Below the pieces are notes generated by a model. The model was not told the origin of the DNA. It saw only the letters and a program-made list of their open reading frames with translations, and did not search any database. From the NCBI GenBank assembly GCA_018398765.1, contig JAHBMJ010000191.1:1-54713 (forward strand): DNA of 54,713 bases, given 5' to 3'. Shown in pieces: positions 51,713-54,713 of the stretch. The translations under genes and the position numbers were made by a program. Numbering within the stretch: position 1 is the stretch's first letter; every line of letters starts with the position of its first letter. This DNA comes from Chromera velia. Its lineage: Eukaryota.

Positions 51713-54507
51713 ACTACCCTCAGGGGAGGAAGGGCGGCACGACCTTTTCTCTCTGCAGATCATCTCATCCTATGACGCGGCAGTCTCGGGGGCTCCTGCC
51801 AATCAAAGAGCCCCTACCCCACCTAAACTAATTTCTCCCTCCTGACCTAGCTCCTGCCGACGACTCGTTACCCCTGTCCCTCTGCCCATCCCCCCAGCGC
51901 GGCCCATCTATTTGGGAATTTTTGGTACCAGAACTTTAAGACCCCTGCCAAATTTTCCCTTTTTTGCCCCCCCCTTGCCAAACTTTCCCACAAAGGCTCA
52001 AATAAGGCAAAAAACACTGCTGAAATCAAAACATCTGACCCATCGAAGGCTGATTTTCTCTAGTCTTCAATACCAAATATTCCTGAGCTGAAGACCCCTT
52101 ACCAATTTTTCCAGAATGGATGGGCCGCGTCCCCCCAGCCTGCCGACGACTCGTTACCCTAGTCCCTCTGCCCATTTCTACAGCCTGCCGATGACACGAG
52201 GGGCCACCCCCTCCATGAGAGAAGCGTGTTGCCTGTCTGCCTGCCTGCCTCGGCTTTGCTTCCCCAGCAGCCCCCCTCCAAACCCGGTCCCCTCAATTTG
52301 AACGAGTTGCAACTGGCTCGGGACCGGAAACCAAGAGAGGGCAAAGCTTCTCCCTGCGAACTATGCCGCGCACATCAACCAGAGATTGGGAAGGAGCGGG
52401 CCCGGTGGGTCGATTCTCCTGTGCTTTTGTCAACCGTTTCCGACAGTCAGACAGAAAGGGAAACAGACACAGACAGCCAAGTAGGTGGCGGCATAGATAG
52501 CCTGATACAAGGACACTTTTTGGCATGCGGAGAAATGAATCGACAGAAAGGAAATAATCTTTCCTCCGCCCTTACACCCCTCACAAAAAGAAGACTTAGT
52601 CAGCCAGATACGCAGACGGAGTCAATCTTATCGCTGAGAAAAAGGTTGGATGGAAAGGTAGAGAGGCAGCCCGCTCTGTTATATGAACTCATTCCGGCCC
52701 GCTCTCTCTCCTTCCCTCTCTGTGCAGGGAAAGAAAAACATGCCGAAAATGACCCTCGAGGGGATACGGATTTCCCCCCCCTTTGCTCGATGCCCCCCCC
52801 TCCTGGATTTTGCCCCAGGTGGGACGGGTTGCCTTGTGCTGACCAGGCCTTTGCAGGAATTCCTGAGCCGGAGGTATGGAGAACTGTGCAGAAAGGAAAG
52901 GGGAGGCTTCGTTCTTGGAAGGCAGAAAGGCATGCAGTTAGACAGATGATGAGCACCAACAGATGGAGCGCACTTCAGGTAGAAACAGATGAGTTCGCAG
53001 AAAAGCTTTGTACAGATACATTAGGCAGACGGCCCTCTCAGTGTCTTTCTTTTTTCCCTCACTCTCGAGGGGAAACTTTACGGAAGAAGAGGCAGACACA
53101 GAGGAAAAAGATGAGAAAAAGGTCTAATAAGAGCAGAGGAAGGGCACGGACAAGGAAGAATCTAGATAGGCAGCAACGAATTAACTATACATGTTTACTG
53201 TATGATGCATCCTTTCCATATACATGTCTTTCTCCATGCCTCTCTCTCCCTGTTGCCTCTCAGTTTGTTTTTGGTCGGTCCTCATCTATTATCCTCCCCC
53301 CTTCTTTTGTATCCATGGATTCTTGTCATGGTTCTGTTCAACCCTCCGCCCTAACCCTCTGCTCGCCTCCATTGCTTTCCCCTTCCCCATCTCATTTTCT
53401 TCCCCCCCCGCCACCTCCCCCTCTGCCTCCTTCCCCGGAGGCTCCTCGTCCCCCTCCTGAACCTCCTCCTCCTCCTCCTCACTTTGCTGTTCCTGCTCCT
53501 TCTCCACCTGTCTCACTTCCATTTCCCCTCACTCCACCTCCAGTGGCACCCCCTCCTTTTTGCTCCTCTCTGTCCTCTCTGCCTGTTGTTTAAGCGGCCT
53601 GCGGACCGAGTTACGGTGTTCCTCATGGTGCTTCTTTCTTTTCCTCAGCTTCCTCTCTCCCTCTCCCTCCGCTCATCCGTTCTCGTTCTGCTTTTTCCTT
53701 CCTACCCCCCCCGCAGTCTGAGAGAGAATGTGAACAAAGGGAGCAGCAGTCATACAGACAGGCCTCAGGTAGCAAATTTGGGGACGGAGAGAAAAGTAAA
53801 GAGAGGGAGAGATATGATGCAAAGGAGAGAAATGAAAAGAGAGAGAATAGCAGGGAAAAGCCTGACAAGCAGGGCCGTAACAGATGAGGGGGGAACCATA
53901 AAGGGAAATGTTGTAACTGCAAGGCTTCAGCAGGCGGATGTCATCTATCATCCAGATGTTCATGCGCTAGAGGGTCGGAATCTCTCCCAGCTAGACCCTG
54001 CGTCGATTGCGACTGTCTCGAAAAAGGGTGCTGCAATAACCCCCTAAATGGAAAGAATCTCATATCCGCCCCTCGACAAGAGCTGTATGAGGACAGACAA
54101 CAAGAAAGAGAACGCCATAGGAGGAGACATGAGCGTGATTTTCTGTCTTCGCCTTCCCCCTCTTCCTCTTCTTCTGTCTCTGATTCTTCCTTCTCTTTTT
54201 CTAGATCTTCTGATGACAGGGATGAGGAGGACCGAGCCCTCATACATGGAGGCTCACGCTCTTCTGCAAGAATTCGTGCAGTGAGGGGCGGAAAGGGAAA
54301 GAGAAGAAAATATGATTTTTGGAGGAGGGGTGCTTCCGACTTCGCATGGATAAGCGTAGATCAACTAAAGAAAGACGAGAAGCGTCTGGTGTGTGCCTTC
54401 TGGGCCGGTCGCAGGGAAGCATGCAGACTCAGAAAGTTTGAAGTTTCAGACCGACAAAAGCGTCATGCAGGTTCTTTTTCCGACCTTCCCCCCCCTCCGG
54501 TTGCAGT

Positions 54508-54705
54508 GTCGTCGTCGTCCTCCTCCTCCTCCTCCTCTTCTTCTCCTTCTTCCTCATCCTCCTCTTCTTCTTCTTCTTCTTCTTTTTCTTCTTCTTCTTC
54601 CTCAGAGTCTTCTTCTTCTTCTTCTTCTTCTTCTTCTTCTTTTGCTTCTGTTTCTTTTTCTTCTTCCTCTTCTGCTTCGGCTTCTGCATATGCTTCTGCT
54701 TCTGC
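54508..54705. repeat. (CTT/CCT/GTC)n trinucleotide low-complexity tract
   Basis: Read directly. Confidence 0.9.
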
Positions 54706-54713
54706 CCCACCGG

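Overview
Intron-rich eukaryotic nuclear DNA, most likely from a chromerid alveolate such as Chromera. This is inferred from the apicomplexan-type insertion in the HDAC, the long RNI-like LRR family, abundant TGCATGCA motifs and microsatellite-rich introns. Host genes are a class I histone deacetylase (-), a frameshifted LRR gene (+), a TPR protein with an unrecognised N-terminal domain (+), a cyclic-nucleotide phosphodiesterase (-) and a RING/TRAF-zinc-finger/MATH protein (+), plus two pseudogenes. Mobile DNA comprises three decayed chromodomain-bearing Ty3/gypsy retrotransposons (one full length and nested in the LTR of another), a MITE and a LINE ORF1 relic. Main findings: (1) the phosphodiesterase carries an N-terminal pore-less S1-S4 voltage-sensor-like domain, a candidate voltage-sensing phosphodiesterase; (2) one gypsy lineage has non-canonical CG...CG LTR termini; (3) repeats show strong C>T decay, including CpA>TpA, reminiscent of RIP. 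All gene models were built by eye and are unverified.
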